Assembly (NCBI RefSeq): GCF_001194135.2
Contig: NC_068993.1
Span: 62,324,461-62,388,460 of the forward strand
Reading direction: 5' to 3'
DNA: 64,000 bases
DNA from: Octopus bimaculoides
Lineage: Eukaryota
Part shown: positions 1-13,793 of the stretch, piece after piece
Layout of the letters: each line of letters starts with the position of its first letter
Numbering within the stretch: the first letter of the stretch is position 1
Program-made: the position numbers and the translations under genes
The notes under the pieces: generated by a model
What the model was told of the DNA's origin: nothing
Database searches by the model: none
Seen by the model: the letters and a program-made list of their open reading frames with translations, nothing else

Positions 1-62
<62 letters not shown>
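1..62. repeat. (CA)n microsatellite
   Basis: Direct reading. Confidence 0.98.
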
Positions 63-66
<4 letters not shown>

Positions 67-618
67 GGCCCACATGCTCATAAAACTGGAATGTACAAAA
101 TTTTATGCAAGCGTTTCGTTTTCAGAAGTTTAATTATTGCACACGTAAATAAACTCGCAGTGCCCTGTGTCTCTTTTAATATGCGTTTGTATGCGTGTAT
201 ATAAGTGTGTGTGTGTGGGCGTGCGTGAATATATATGTATAATGGTATTGTATGCGTACAAAATGTAAATCACGAAGGACTCCGCGCATGAATGTTTACA
301 AACGTTTATGTTGTATCATCATTAATTATTTTCTTTGATATTCATTTTACAACCAGATCGCGTTTCGCTGTTTGTTCAAGTTTATGAATAAATTACATTG
401 TCTATGTTTTCAGTCACGACAACTTTCGTGGGTTACGGTACGAGATAAAAAGTATCACCTCACGTTCATCTGCTGAATTATATCGGTTCAATGCATGCTT
501 TTTAACAATTCAGTGTTTATATTTGATAACTTCATCATTATATCATTTATTACTGGGGATGACATTTATGCGTCGATACAAAGAAGCACTAAACTAGCTT
601 TTGAGCACACACACCTAT

Positions 619-726
<108 letters not shown>

Positions 727-954
727 NNNNNNNNNNNNNNNNNNNNNNNNNNNNNNNNNNNNNNNNNNNNNNNNNNNNNNNNNNNNNNNNNNNNNNNNNN
801 NNNNNNNNNNNNNNNNNNNNNNNNNNNNNNNNNNNNNNNNNNNNNNNNNNNNNNNNNNNNNNNNNNNNNNNNNNNNNNNNNNNNNNNNNNNNNNNNNNNN
901 NNNNNNNNNNNNNNNNNNNNNNNNNNNNNNNNNNNNNNNNNNNNNNNNNNNNNN

Positions 955-989
<35 letters not shown>

Positions 990-991
<2 letters not shown>

Positions 992-1148
992 CGGCTGGCC
1001 TCTTTCTGTTTCCATGCACCAAATCCACTCACATGGCTCTGGTTGTCCCGAGACTATAGTAGAAGACTTTGCCCAAGTTGCCACGTAGCGGGACTGAACC
1101 AAGAACAATATGGTTTGGAAGCAAACTTCTTACCACACAGCCATGCCT
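990..1148 (-). mobile_element. CORE-type tRNA SINE, family B, 5' module
   Basis: Reverse complement of head AGGCATGGCTGTGTGGTAAGAAG..GTTCAGTCCC and CORE-like GTGGCAACTTGGGCAAAGTCTTCTACTATAG. Confidence 0.8.
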
Positions 1149-2391
1149 ATATATTTCTATGATGCTAATATTTCTTTCCCAACCAAATCATGGTAGAACT
1201 GAATGGAAGCATGTCTTAGAGACTGAAAATTCTTCTGCTATCACTTAATCTCTCTACAGATGTAATCGATGAATCCTGGCAGAAGCAACATATTTTGAGA
1301 AGCGGGCCGCCTGAGACATGGCTCATCATAGAGCAAACCGTGCTACTAAAAAGATACGTGGTAATGTTTCGTTGCAAACCATTCAGGAAGTCTCCTGGGC
1401 CGCAGTCTGCCCGTGAATGTTCTAAGTTTTGAAAGCTGGAGTAAATTTAACGAAGCAAGCAGCTTGTAAGTGTTCCAGTACGAAACAGATCACGTTACAT
1501 CTTTAGAAGCTGGATGGCTAAGATATGCGGAAGAGGTAGATAGATAGATAAATAGATAGATAGCGAGAGAGAGAGAAAGAAAGATTGAGAGAAAGAGAGG
1601 GGGAAGAGGGCGATCAGTTAGTTTAATTATCTCGCGAAAGGATAATGTTTGGAAATATAAAAGGAGGAGCTGCGAGGAATCATAAACGCCTTCTGAGATT
1701 AATAAACCCGAAACGTCATTCCTTTTATTGAGTCACTCCGTTTCACAGACACACCGAAGAAACATCACATCGGTTAAACTCCGTGTTTATTATCTCCGCT
1801 GAGTTATGGAACCGCAATTTCAAATCAAGCAGTTAATTAAATAACTCGGCTTTGACAGAATGTAATTAGCTGATCTGTAATTATTCCAATAGAGTGATTA
1901 GCCTACCTCTGGTTTCCATCAGCTTTGGCTATAAACACCTGTGTATACCTGTAAATATTGGAGAAGTGTGTAATCTTTTCGGTAAGGCAGATTAAGTCGT
2001 AGAAACAATTCTTGTTGTTGTGTCACTTGTCACAGGCGATAGCTGCTGTTTCTTTTTACAGTGACAGACATCTTTTAGCGTGATGGGGGATGGGCACGGA
2101 ATAAGGATTCGTATAAGGACACATATACACACATAGTCAAGCTGACACACATGTATGCACACACATATGCACATATATATATGGATGTATGTATGCATCT
2201 TTTTCTCTTTATACACACACACACACATACACACACACACACAAACAGAGAGAGAGAGAGAGAAAGAAAAAGAGAGAGGAGATATCGATGTACATATTAT
2301 ATTATCATTTAATCGTTGGTCATTGGACTGCGGTCATGCTGGGGCACCGCGTTTGGGGATTTTTAGTTGAACAAATCGAGTATATGCCTAT

Positions 2392-2665
2392 GGGCATATG
2401 GCGTAGAGGTTAAGAGCGCGGGCTACTAACCCAAAGATTCCGAGTTCGATTCCAGGCAGTGATCTGAATAATAATAATAATAATAATAATGATAATAATA
2501 ATAATAATAATAACAACAATATCGAAAAATACCTTAGGAATGAGAACTTAGGTTCGAAATTTCCCCAAGACACCTGATGAAGGCTGGAGGGTATATCAGT
2601 CAAAACGTTGTGTTAACAACCAACAAGATGAGGACAAATATCCGTCAAATGTAAATAATGTAAAT
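2392..2665 (+). mobile_element. tRNA-derived SINE, family C (tRNA head + (AAT)n + hammerhead-bearing tail), copy 1, 3' end slightly short
   Basis: Head GGGCATATGGCGTAGAGGTTAAGAGCGCGGGCTACTAACCC with A box and B box (GAGTTCGATTC). Near-identical to the copies at 15228 and 40536. Flanked by an 11-bp direct repeat AAATCGAGTAT (2373-2383, 2666-2676). Confidence 0.9.
2569..2614 (+). ncRNA. Hammerhead ribozyme motif, mutated and probably inactive copy
   Basis: GACAC CTGATGA A GGCTG GAGGGTATAT CAGTC AAAA CG TT GTGTT. The GAAA core reads AAAA (G12 to A) and stem II has a C to T change relative to the other copies. Confidence 0.6.
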
Positions 2666-3633
2666 AAATCGAGTATTTTCATAAAGATTGCTACTTATTC
2701 TATTGTTCTTGTTTGTTGCAGTGCTAGGTTACAGGGAAGTAAGCAAACAAACACCCGTTGTCAATCAGTGGTGGAAGAGAAACGAAAACACAAAGACGAA
2801 CACACGCATACACACACACACACACACACGTACACGCACACACACATACACACAAACGCACCTACTCATATACTTACGCACACATACTCACTCACATGTA
2901 TATGGCGGGCTTCTTTCAGTTTCCGTCTATCAAATCTAACCAGGCCTGCGATTATAGTAGAAAGCAAGCAGTGGTATTGAAACCGAAACGCCGTGGTTGG
3001 GAAGCAAACTTCTGCTCTCAGAGCTAGACATGCGCCGCAGACATTCTCACAAATACACACCGAGATATTCTTTAAAATACTCAACCAATTGTTTTTCTTT
3101 TGCACAATCTTTCCGTCACAGTTATGTAAGAAATTCACCGAAGATGAAGGAATTTCCAATTAAAGATCAAAACAGAAGATGGGTGGGAAATAATTCTTTC
3201 CATTGATGTTAAACAGAATATGAAACTGGATTCCAGCATTCTTCCTGTGATTTATATTGGACAACTAATCATTACCTTTACTTGAAGGATAAACAAAAAA
3301 TCCAAAAATAAACCGATTCCACTGAAAAGCAGGGAAACGAAGCTGTCATGCGAATGACGTTTAAATACTCCACAGAATTATGATAGCAATGGAAACGATA
3401 TTGTTGTTGATGATGATGATGGTTATGATGATGATGAATGTGAGGATATTAGGGATGCTGAAGGTAGTGATAATGATGATCTATTTGACAATGAGACAAT
3501 ACAATAATTTTTCCAGTGGAGACAATTTTCTTCTGCATTTTTCCAATTGCTACAAGCTCTACACATATCGCTTTACTTCTGCTCCTGTCTCATTGTGTCA
3601 CACAAACACACAAATATATACATAGGTGTATAT

Positions 3634-3718
<85 letters not shown>

Positions 3719-4404
3719 GCACACACAATGTATATTTACATTTTTTGCCATTTCGGTTACTTTGTCCCCATATTCTCCATTATATGAAGTTACCTGGCAG
3801 TTCCGAAAGATTTTGTTTTTGTTTTACAATGTAATTAGCTTAGCATAAAATAGGCTAAAATATAGCTAACAAGAATTTTACATTGTGATAACTTACAATG
3901 TACAATCACGACTGGTGGAACCACGAGAGAGCCGGGCGAAGGGATCTACGGCCTTTTGTCACATCGTCTCATGTAGCGAGTAGAACTCCCGTAGGGGGTT
4001 ACTTCTTTATCAACCTTGCTCAAAACTTACGAAATAATTAGCTACTGAGGTAGATGTAATGGACTGTATTCTCCTTTGAAAATGCGTGACTTTGAGCCAG
4101 CGTTAGAATCACACAATGTAGAATTCTCGTATTCACGAAGCTAACCAGCCTAAAACCTAATGGAATCCATCGCAGCAGAAGGCATCGTGAAGCAGGGAAA
4201 ACTCAGGGAAGTTCTGAACAAAATGTTTCATAGCATTTAGGTTTCATCTCGATCCCCTTAGACTCACGATAAAATAATGTTAGAGCAGGGGTTAATTATA
4301 GTGGCTAAAACGTGTGAGCAGAAGGGAACCTTGGGGTCATGATCCTGATTCGGCCCGGCCCCCTTAGAGTAAGAAATCAAGGGTCGAATCACTCACCTGA
4401 GAGC

Positions 4405-4553
4405 GAACTTTTGGGGGAGGGTCAGTCGACTAGATCGGCACCAGTACGCAACTGGTACTTAATTTATCGACCCCGAAAGGATGAAAGGCAAAATCGACCT
4501 CGGTGGAATTTGAACACAGAACGTAAAGACAGACAAAATAGCGCTAAGCATTT
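4405..4553 (-). mobile_element. tRNA SINE, family A, head truncated
   Basis: Family core ATCGACCCCGAAAGGATGAAAGGCAAAATCGACCTCGGTGGAATTTGAAC. Confidence 0.8.
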
Positions 4554-4906
4554 ATATATATATGTGTGTGTGTGTATCAAGTCGTTTTGTGCGTGTTGCT
4601 AGATGTGTTTCGCTGATGACTTTGCTGTTTCTGTATTTCTTATGCAATGGATACATGTCAGAAGTACAGTGGTTTCTAGAGCAGCCATCATATGGGGATT
4701 GAGTGATATATTTAGTCTTCTATTTTAGGTGATTTCTACCCGTAAGAATTGTTACAACCGGGCTCTGCCCACTCAATTATCACATCATCATCCATTTGTT
4801 ATCTGCTTTTACATTATTTTTTCTTTCTTTCATTACCGCCATCGCTAACTTTCCTTCTACTCATGTACCTACCTCAAGGCGTTTTCAAGTCGTGTTCTAT
4901 GCAAAT

Positions 4907-4946
<40 letters not shown>

Positions 4947-6461
4947 CTCTCTCTGTGTCTCTCTCTCTCTGTCTCTCTCTCTGTGTCTCTCTCTGTGTCT
5001 CTCTCTCTGTCTGTCTCTCTCTCTTTCTCTCTCTCTCACACACACCCTCTCCCCANNNNNNNNNNNNNNNNNNNNNNNNNNNNNNNNNNNNNNNNNNNNN
5101 NNNNNNNNNNNNNNNNNNNNNNNNNNNNNNNNNNNNNNNNNNNNNNNNNNNNNNNNNNNNNNNNNNNNNNNNNNNNNNNNNNNNNNNNNNNNNNNNNNNN
5201 NNNNNNNNNNNNNNNNNNNNNNNNNNNNNNNNNNNNNNNNNNNNNNNNNNNNNNNNNNNNNNNNNNNNNNNNNNNNNNNNNNNNNNNNNNNNNNNNNNNN
5301 NNNNNNNNNNNNNNNNNNNNNNNNNNNNNNNNNNNNNNNNNNNNNNNNNNNNNNNNNNNNNNNNNNNNNNNNNNNNNNNNNNNNNNNNNNNNNNNNNNNN
5401 NNNNNNNNNNNNNNNNNNNNNNNNNNNNNNNNNNNNNNNNNNNNNNNNNNNNNNNNNNNNNNNNNTCTATTGAACTCAAAATACTTATTGTATTCCCTTT
5501 CTCGAATACTTTCTTGTAAACTGTTTTTAACATATTCTCATCATTATCAAAGACTGCATAACTGCATTTCAATACTTTTGTGATAACCATTTTTTAACAC
5601 AACGAAACTTATACAAAGCTTTATATTTTACTTTTGATAATCTTTTTCTAAAAAAGTGAAACTGGTCAAGTCGATAAACATCTCTAAAAGACCTTTGCAT
5701 TTTCAAACCTTCTTTCATATATATTTTCACTCGTGCGATACCTTACAACTTTACTTTGTTATATATATATATATATATATATCGGATATTGAGAACAAAA
5801 TCAGAAGCCATTTTGCGTTCATCAAATTCTTCATATATAGACAAGTTGAGGAAAATCTGATAAGAATAATAACATGAATTGAAATTATTAATCAGCACTG
5901 ATAGAATTAGTATCAGACATCATGAAATACAAATCTTTACATTCTGTATGAATATAGCGGCAGATTAAAATCTGACTGCTTTCGACACGTGAAAAGCCGA
6001 GGCGCTTATTTTTGCTTCAGAATGTATTAATTACATTTATTTAATCCATATATCTGTCATGAATTTAATTTAGTGTGTTTATTTTAAATGTTTATTTTCT
6101 TACCTTTTATCAGATTCTTCCACTGAATGTAAAGAAACGGGTTTTACTTCCGAAGAATTTTATATCCAAAAACGTTGTTGTATCTATGGTAAAAAAAAAG
6201 AGGAAAAAGGAAAATGAAAGAAACAGAAAAACACATATAGACTACAAGTTTGCTTACGCGCGCACACAAATGCGCACACATACACACTCAGACACACAAA
6301 CAACACTCACACACTCTCACACACACACGCTCACACAAACACACACACGCTCACACATGCATACTCACACACACAGACACACACACAACCAAACACACAC
6401 TCACACACACACGCACGCACACACACGCACGCGCACACACACACACACACANNNNNNNNNN

Positions 6462-6503
<42 letters not shown>

Positions 6504-7256
6504 AATATTTGATGGTATGTCAAATTATAATAAAGACAAATTTACATTAAACTGAAGGATTTCTCAGTACTTTTCGTTGAATACATATCTATTATTCTTT
6601 GACAGTGACTTCGAAGTTTCGGCCTCAACATTATTCGCACCATGGTACATTTTACATAGTTTCCGGTAAACTTATTTTTGGGGAAAAAAGTGGTGCTTTG
6701 TTGAATGATAATTAGATACAGAGTAAGTTCCGATGGAAAGATATACAGAGTCTTTTATTGGTTAAAGTTGATGGTGTGTTATTGTTCAGAGTTCACCCAC
6801 GCGTGTAAAACTTTGGTGTGTCTATTTAGGTGTGTCTCTTTTAGATTTTGGAATTGTCCTTAGGGATCACAAAAGCATGTAAGTAGATATAAAACTTAGG
6901 TGAACAACAGAGGTGTTACCGGTTTTAGTTGTTGTTCATGTTATTAGAACACTATTAACCTGTTTCTGTTGGAATGGTGGAGGTTACTGTTCAGAGTTCT
7001 GAGTTCAGCCAAGCATGTAATATGTGTGTATGCATGTATGTATGTATGTATGCATGTATATATGTATGTATGTATGTATGCGCTTTATATATACAAACCA
7101 TGCACACACACTCACAAATATATGACTATTAAAATGGCGTATTAACAAGCTATCACATTACAATATTTAATAAGCCAACATTTGAATATGGTTACATCTT
7201 TATACATATATACACACATACATACACCCACATACACACACACATACATACATACA

Positions 7257-7287
<31 letters not shown>

Positions 7288-7499
7288 GTGTGTGTGTGTG
7301 CACGTGTGAATTAGAATAATTTGCTGTCTGTTTCAATTAATTACTACTAAGAAACATTAAATTATTTGATTTGAAGACATCATGACAATATTTATGTCCT
7401 GCCGTTTAGCAGCCTCGAGAAAACTGTGTGGAAGAGAGAGAAAGAGAGGGAGGGGGAGAAATGGAAAACGATATAGACATGAAGTGAGAGACTGAGAAT

Positions 7500-7577
<78 letters not shown>

Positions 7578-7710
7578 GATAGAGAGAGAGAGAGAGAGAG
7601 GTGGGGAGAGAACATGGATAGATATCTACATACAATTATATTTTCATGCATACATATATATTTATATGCAGACACACGTTTGCATACATACATTCTCCCT
7701 TACATATTTG

Positions 7711-7741
<31 letters not shown>

Positions 7742-8330
7742 TTTATATTTACATATCCTGGATGTGACAACTGACGATATACATTAAACTGAAGATGCAT
7801 TGAAGTAGCAGAAAGTGACTGTTTGTGTTGGTTTGTGTTTGAAGAATGATGGATGGGATTTGAAAGAGGCAGACGACCACGGCTTCAAAGACATAGACGG
7901 GGTGTGAAAAGAAGTGTAAATCAACAGAATGTGGAGGAGATTCACAGAAATAGAGAAATGGACATACAGTTAGGTATATCGATGGATAGATAGAAATCCT
8001 GAACGATAAAAAGAGGATAGACAGATAGATCGATAAATCGATAGATGGAAGAAAGATAGATGGCTATATTACCTGTCTCTCTATATAGAGACAGGCATAT
8101 ATATACATACACACATATATATAGATATAGATATAGATAGAGAGAATATAGATTGGGAGACAGATAGACAGACAGGTAGATAAATAAATTGAAGGAAGGC
8201 TAAACAGACAGACAGACATACAGATAGATAGATAAATATACAGATTGATAGAAATACAGATGGTTCGATAGACTGACATACATCCACACAGGCAGACAGA
8301 GAGACAGACAGACAGACAGATAGAGTAGTA

Positions 8331-8565
8331 TTTATTTCTTTATTGCCCACAGGGGACTAAACATAGAGGGGACAAACAAAGACAGACAAAGGGATTAAGT
8401 CGATTAAAACGATCCTAGTGCGTAATTGGTACTTATTTAATCGACCCCGAAAGGATGAAAAGCAAAGTCGACCTCGGTGGAGTTTGAACTCAGAACGTAA
8501 CGGCAGACGAAATACCGCTAAGCATTTCGTCCGGCGTGTTAACGTTTCTGCCACCTCACCGCCCT
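8331..8565 (-). mobile_element. tRNA SINE, family A, variant tail
   Basis: Family A head and core with a different tail (reverse complement GTGGGCAATAAAGAAATAAA). Confidence 0.85.
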
Positions 8566-8690
8566 AAGATAGAATAGTATTGAATGAGAGTGAGAGAGTG
8601 AGGCACCTTTAAAAAGGAAGGATAAATTTCCGAACGTAATGTTGGTCACGGATGGAAATTACTCGTCATAGATCTATTCCTTCAGAATAA

Positions 8691-8757
8691 AGGCGGTGCT
8701 TCAGCATGGCCGCAGTCAAAATGACTGAAATAAGTAAAAGAATAAAAGAATAAAAGT
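8691..8757 (+). mobile_element. Family B SINE 3' tail fragment
   Basis: AGGCGGTGCTTCAGCATGGCCGCAGTCAAAATGACTGAAA followed by (AAAGAAT)n. Confidence 0.7.
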
Positions 8758-9909
8758 ATATAAAATTTAATATATAATTAATACAAAATATGGTGGAGCT
8801 GCGTGGCAATATATATATCAAATAAAATATAAATCAAATGAAATACAGGAGATAAGTTAAACTCCTTCATACATGAAATTATGGAGTAAGGTTATTTATA
8901 AGAAACTAAAATATATTGTGATTGGAATTATATAAGCTGAATGCGTTGTTTTAAGCGCACTGAGATAAAAGTTTTCAATGATTAATAATGTTTTCATCGT
9001 CTATTTGGTATTCAATGCATTCAATTTAAAGACTAGTATTCGCTGAATAGAGTTTAGAAATATTGAGTGATTGCGAACGTTTTTATAAAGAAAAGGTCGA
9101 ATAAGGCCTGGTATTTATGTGGTGTGTATTCTTGAAATTTTACAGAAAACAAATAATTTTATCAAAAGATTTAAAGTGGTGGGCGTTTTTCATCGATAGG
9201 CAAATGTAAAACAATAACTCTAAGCAATGGCTTCAAGTCAAAGAAATGTCTTTCTTCATCTGAAACATTTGCAGAAGATCTCTTCTTGTTAATCAAGAAG
9301 CTAGAATTTCGAATATAAAAATACGTCTTCGGAGATAATTTAAAAGTAAGATTACAAAAGGTCAAAAATAGCAATAAAATGTTCCTACAACCAGACAAGA
9401 CCAAAACTCATATAAAATTGATAAACTTTTCTGCCACTGCTTTCTTCTAATTTTATAACTAGCGCTTAAAAGAAAACGAATCAACATTTTGATAGATATC
9501 AATATCCAGGGTCAAAAAATCTCTACTAAACTGTAAATTAAGGATAGAAAAAAAGACATCATTCTTCAACAAAGTTTCAGGACTGTGAGAATAAATTTGA
9601 ACTAACCTCTTGAATTAGGGTAATAAACCTAGGCAAAATTGGCGTTGCAGTCGCTTATAAATACAACCTGAATATAAATATATCCGATCATAACTTGCCG
9701 CACTCCTCTCATTACAGAAAGTTTATATCCATTATGCTTGAGGGTCTATAGTCCGTTACGAACTCAGATGAATTCAGTAATATCGTCGCATTGTATATAC
9801 AAAGTAGAAACCAAGTTGAAGGGGGCTTTTATAGCGATAATGGGCTGTCAGCCATATGAATATTTGAGAAACTCAAACTTCGAAGCCCGTTGTAAATATG
9901 CATCCATGC

Positions 9910-10135
9910 GTGTGTATGTGTGTGTAGGTGTCCTTTTGCTTGCCCTCACACAGCTTGACAACTGGTATTGATTTGTTTCCGTCCTTGTAACAACGGTTCA
10001 GCATAAATGATCGACAGAATAAATGAGATACTTTTCAAAATAAGTACTAAAGTACTAGAGTCGATTTGTTTGACTAAACACTTCAAGTCAGATCCTCAAC
10101 ATATCCACAGTGCAATGACTGAAGCAGCCAAAAGG
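9910..10135 (+). mobile_element. Family B SINE 3' module, diverged
   Basis: TG tract, CTTGACAACTGG.., GTCGATTTGTTTGACTAAA, AATGACTGAAGC. Confidence 0.6.
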
Positions 10136-11023
10136 TAAATAGATATTAAAGAATTTCTATGTCTTTGCAATGCGTCTCGGATGTATATTGAAACCTCTGC
10201 TGCTATGTAACGATATATGGGTTATAATTAGTTCAGTATGTCTTCTATCTTCTATTTTAACATATTTTATGTCAACAACACTTGGATGAGGAAGAAGGGA
10301 AAACAAGTGGATAGATTGACGAAATGTTTATTCCGTAGTTGCTTAAGTTTAACAACTATCTCAAAGGACGTTTAATTTTATGAAGCCAGGTAAAGGTAAT
10401 TCTATGTCTAGCAATTTTATGCGATTAATTACGTAAATGAACGTGGACGTTATTTTAAACTAACAACGGGGGTTAATGATGCAGATATTTTATGAGTTTA
10501 ATGTTATCATAACTTGGTAAGTTTGCATATGCTGGTCTAATATTACTATTAATTAGTAATAATTTTGTTACTGTAAACTTGTTTTTATTTTACGATCATA
10601 TCGAATTTATAGACCTCATATATGATTTCATTGAACGTTGCCCAATTAGGTCATAATGTTGTCATAGCATTGAATTCAATATGAAGTAAATATTTAAATG
10701 TATAATGTATTATGCTTCTCGAAAGCTACTGGCTTTAATATAAAACCATTTCAGAAGAGTTAATGATTAGAGGAGTTAATTAAACAAATTATTTATGGGT
10801 ACGATAGAGTGTTAGTTCTCACTGTAAGCACCAACTATTATCTGTTATAATTATTTCCACATGGACATTCAAACACGAATTCACATTCTGCTTTCATACA
10901 TTTAAGATATATTTAAGAGAAAGAGTTTGTTAATGTTTCCCGTAATCTCACAAATATAGAGACACTCACAGATGCACATCACTTTATACCAAGCAAGATA
11001 TATATTTTTATATATTTACATAT

Positions 11024-11089
<66 letters not shown>

Positions 11090-12016
11090 GACCTACAAAA
11101 AAGAAATATCTAATAATCATTATTATTACCTTGTCCTTTATATATATATATATATATATATATAAGTGGTGATATTGATAGGGATCATAAAAGACACTTG
11201 TTTACATATAGATACACGCCTACATACAGATCCATGTACACATGCACTCACAGCTGAAAAGAAATCCAAATACCAGCTGAAGTATTAGAAAAGGCATAAA
11301 TAAAGCTTGCACTAAAAAATTAGCAATTATATTAATAATTCGAAATAGAATACGGCCTTTGGAATTCTGAATTTGTGCTTGCGTAAGATGTGGCCTGTCC
11401 ATCTGAGCTGTCGGAGCAGATGGCTATAAGCAACTTTGAGAACGTCAGAATAACTGCGGCAGATGAGAAATGCCACAGAAGGAACAAAAATCATCGTCAA
11501 GGCCGTATTGGATCAGAGTTTAAATATTTACCCCAAATGCACCAGAGTCTGTCATTTAAGGATTGGTTTACATAACCACAGGAGGGCTGACCGATCTTCC
11601 TAATGATATTCGGACATGTAGAATTGTCATTTCTGCGTTGTTTATTGATCGATTATGGGTTGATGTTTATTAATCTTGTATGGCAGATTGGTGAAATATT
11701 GTTTTTTGTTTTTCATTGTATTCATACTACGTTCCTCCTCAATGCAAATCATGGGTGAAGTAACGAAACCCTACAACTATAACCCAACCACTACAATAGC
11801 ACAAAAATGAGGTAACACTACATTACTAAGGTAACAACTAAAGTAATTCATAAGGTAACAACGAAAGTAATCTCCTAAGCACACGCACGCGCGAAACAAA
11901 AGCTCACATACTCAGAAACCACACTCATACAATTTGCAAGTTACACAGAAAGACGGAAACGTACACAAGTTTTTTCATGTAAGCACCAATAACAGCAAAA
12001 AGAAGTAATTGATAAC

Positions 12017-12232
12017 GGTTTCAAATTTTGTCACAAAGCCAGCAATTTCGGGGGAGGGGAGGGTAGACTGATTACATCGACCCTAGTACTCAACTGATAC
12101 TTGTTTTATCGGCCCTGAAAGGATGACAGGCATGGTGACCTGAGCGGAATTTGTACTGAGAACAGAAAAAAAGACGAAATGCCATTGGGCATTTTGCCCG
12201 GCATACAAACGATTCTGCTATCTCACCGCCTT
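12017..12232 (-). mobile_element. tRNA SINE, family A (tail AAAATTTGAAACC)
   Basis: Full-length alignment by eye to the other family A copies. Confidence 0.85.
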
Positions 12233-13690
12233 AGAGAAAGTAAATATTATTAAAAAGATAGTAACACGAAATGAAACAACAGTGATATGATGTAACACAT
12301 GTCACGTGCTTCCCAACATAAACAAGAAGACGACACTTCTAGTAACATAGCGTATAAAAGATAAATTATTTAGCGGCCATGAAATCGTTGTAAAATATCA
12401 GAGCATTCTATTTTATCGAACCCTGAAGGGGTTGAAGATAAAGTTGAGATCTCGGCAGTATTCGAACTCAGAATGTAAAGAGCTGGAAGAAATATCACAA
12501 TCCGACGCCCCAACGTTTCCGCTATCTCACACATAAAATAAACTATAGCATCTGTAATGTGTTCATCCATTTGCTTTTAAATCATGTTATCATTAATTTC
12601 CCATGGTGCTATAAGTATGTGTTAATATCTGAGTGTTTCTATTTGAAGATGGCTATATTTTCGAATTTGGATTTTACTTTGAAGAAACCACTTAACGAAC
12701 CGTAAATGGAAATTGACACAACGTAATTTTACGCATATAATAAGCCAAATTTTAAATTTCTCGTAATATTTTTATTTTTTCCAAAAGTATCGCAAAACAG
12801 CATGACAGATTCCAGACTGACACAGCAAATGAAAAACTCTGCTGTACTTGCATCTTTTGCCGCCAATCCCATATACTCAGGGATGAGTTTGTTGTATGTG
12901 ACCCAGTCCTTACGGTTCAAGGTTAGGAAAGGGCTGGGAGTTCCTGGCGGTGATGTGTTATCCTTGACAAAGAGAAAGAGACATTCTCAGCGGTGAGAAT
13001 ATCTCATTAAGTCGTCCATAAGTTCCAGGATATGATCAACGATAATTTCTGCGTGTCGATGAGTACCAAACAGCTCAAAAGAGGGTAACATATCCATTGT
13101 AAATCAGTTATCTAGTGTACGAGGACATCAGGTACGTTCCTTAGAGATAAGGATATGGAAATGTATAACCGGGAATGCCAGAGAGAACTCCTAACATCAT
13201 GTGATCTCTAGCGCTAGTTACCTGCCCTAGCCCCTTGGGTTGTCTCACCTGAGATGTTGCTCAGGAGTAGAGCCGGCCTGTGGCATCAAACCGTCCAGAA
13301 AATTCATTGAGCTTGCTGCCTTAGGATGCTATCACTTCTAAGGACATTGATTGCCATGACTGGGAAATGAAGGTTGATGGTTTTTGATGTGTTTAATTGA
13401 ACGCATGTACCACATTTCTTGGAGTATTTTGGAAGATTGGCGTCTTCAATTCTGTTTCTGTATTGCGTTCACGTGAGGGTACTTGGTGAACCTTGTAAAT
13501 TAGTATATTGGAAAGATTTTACTTCTACTGTTTTCTTGTTCGTTATTTGGATTGTACTTTTTTAATAAATAATTTGATTTGAGATCGGAACAAAACAAAA
13601 TAATTCATTGTGGAAGATTCAATTTAGTTTTCATACATGCACTACACTGTTATATTTATGTGTATTTTATCATTTTTGGAAATAGCAATA

Positions 13691-13793
<103 letters not shown>

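Larger units (their letters stand above)
2305..3036 (-). mobile_element. Family B SINE, diverged, split by the family C insertion
   Basis: The 3' module (CATTGGACTGCGGTCATGCTGGGGCACC) lies left of family C; the remainder (middle module, CA tract, CTTTCAGTTTCCGTCT, GGTTGGGAAGCAAACTTC) lies right of it. Confidence 0.75.

Noticed and set aside
1250-1420. Possible hAT MITE (GGGCCG motifs); similar hint at 26640-26870
   Set aside because: Paired TIRs and target-site duplications could not be identified.
2392-2464. tRNA gene (Ser-like loop CTACTAA)
   Set aside because: Lacks a proper acceptor stem and is always joined to the same downstream body; it is a SINE head.
12960-13100. Minus-strand HILELMDDLMRYS as a reverse-transcriptase YxDD remnant, with LINE-like sequence to about 13560
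   Set aside because: Only a loose motif and no other RT motifs could be placed by eye; needs a translated profile search.
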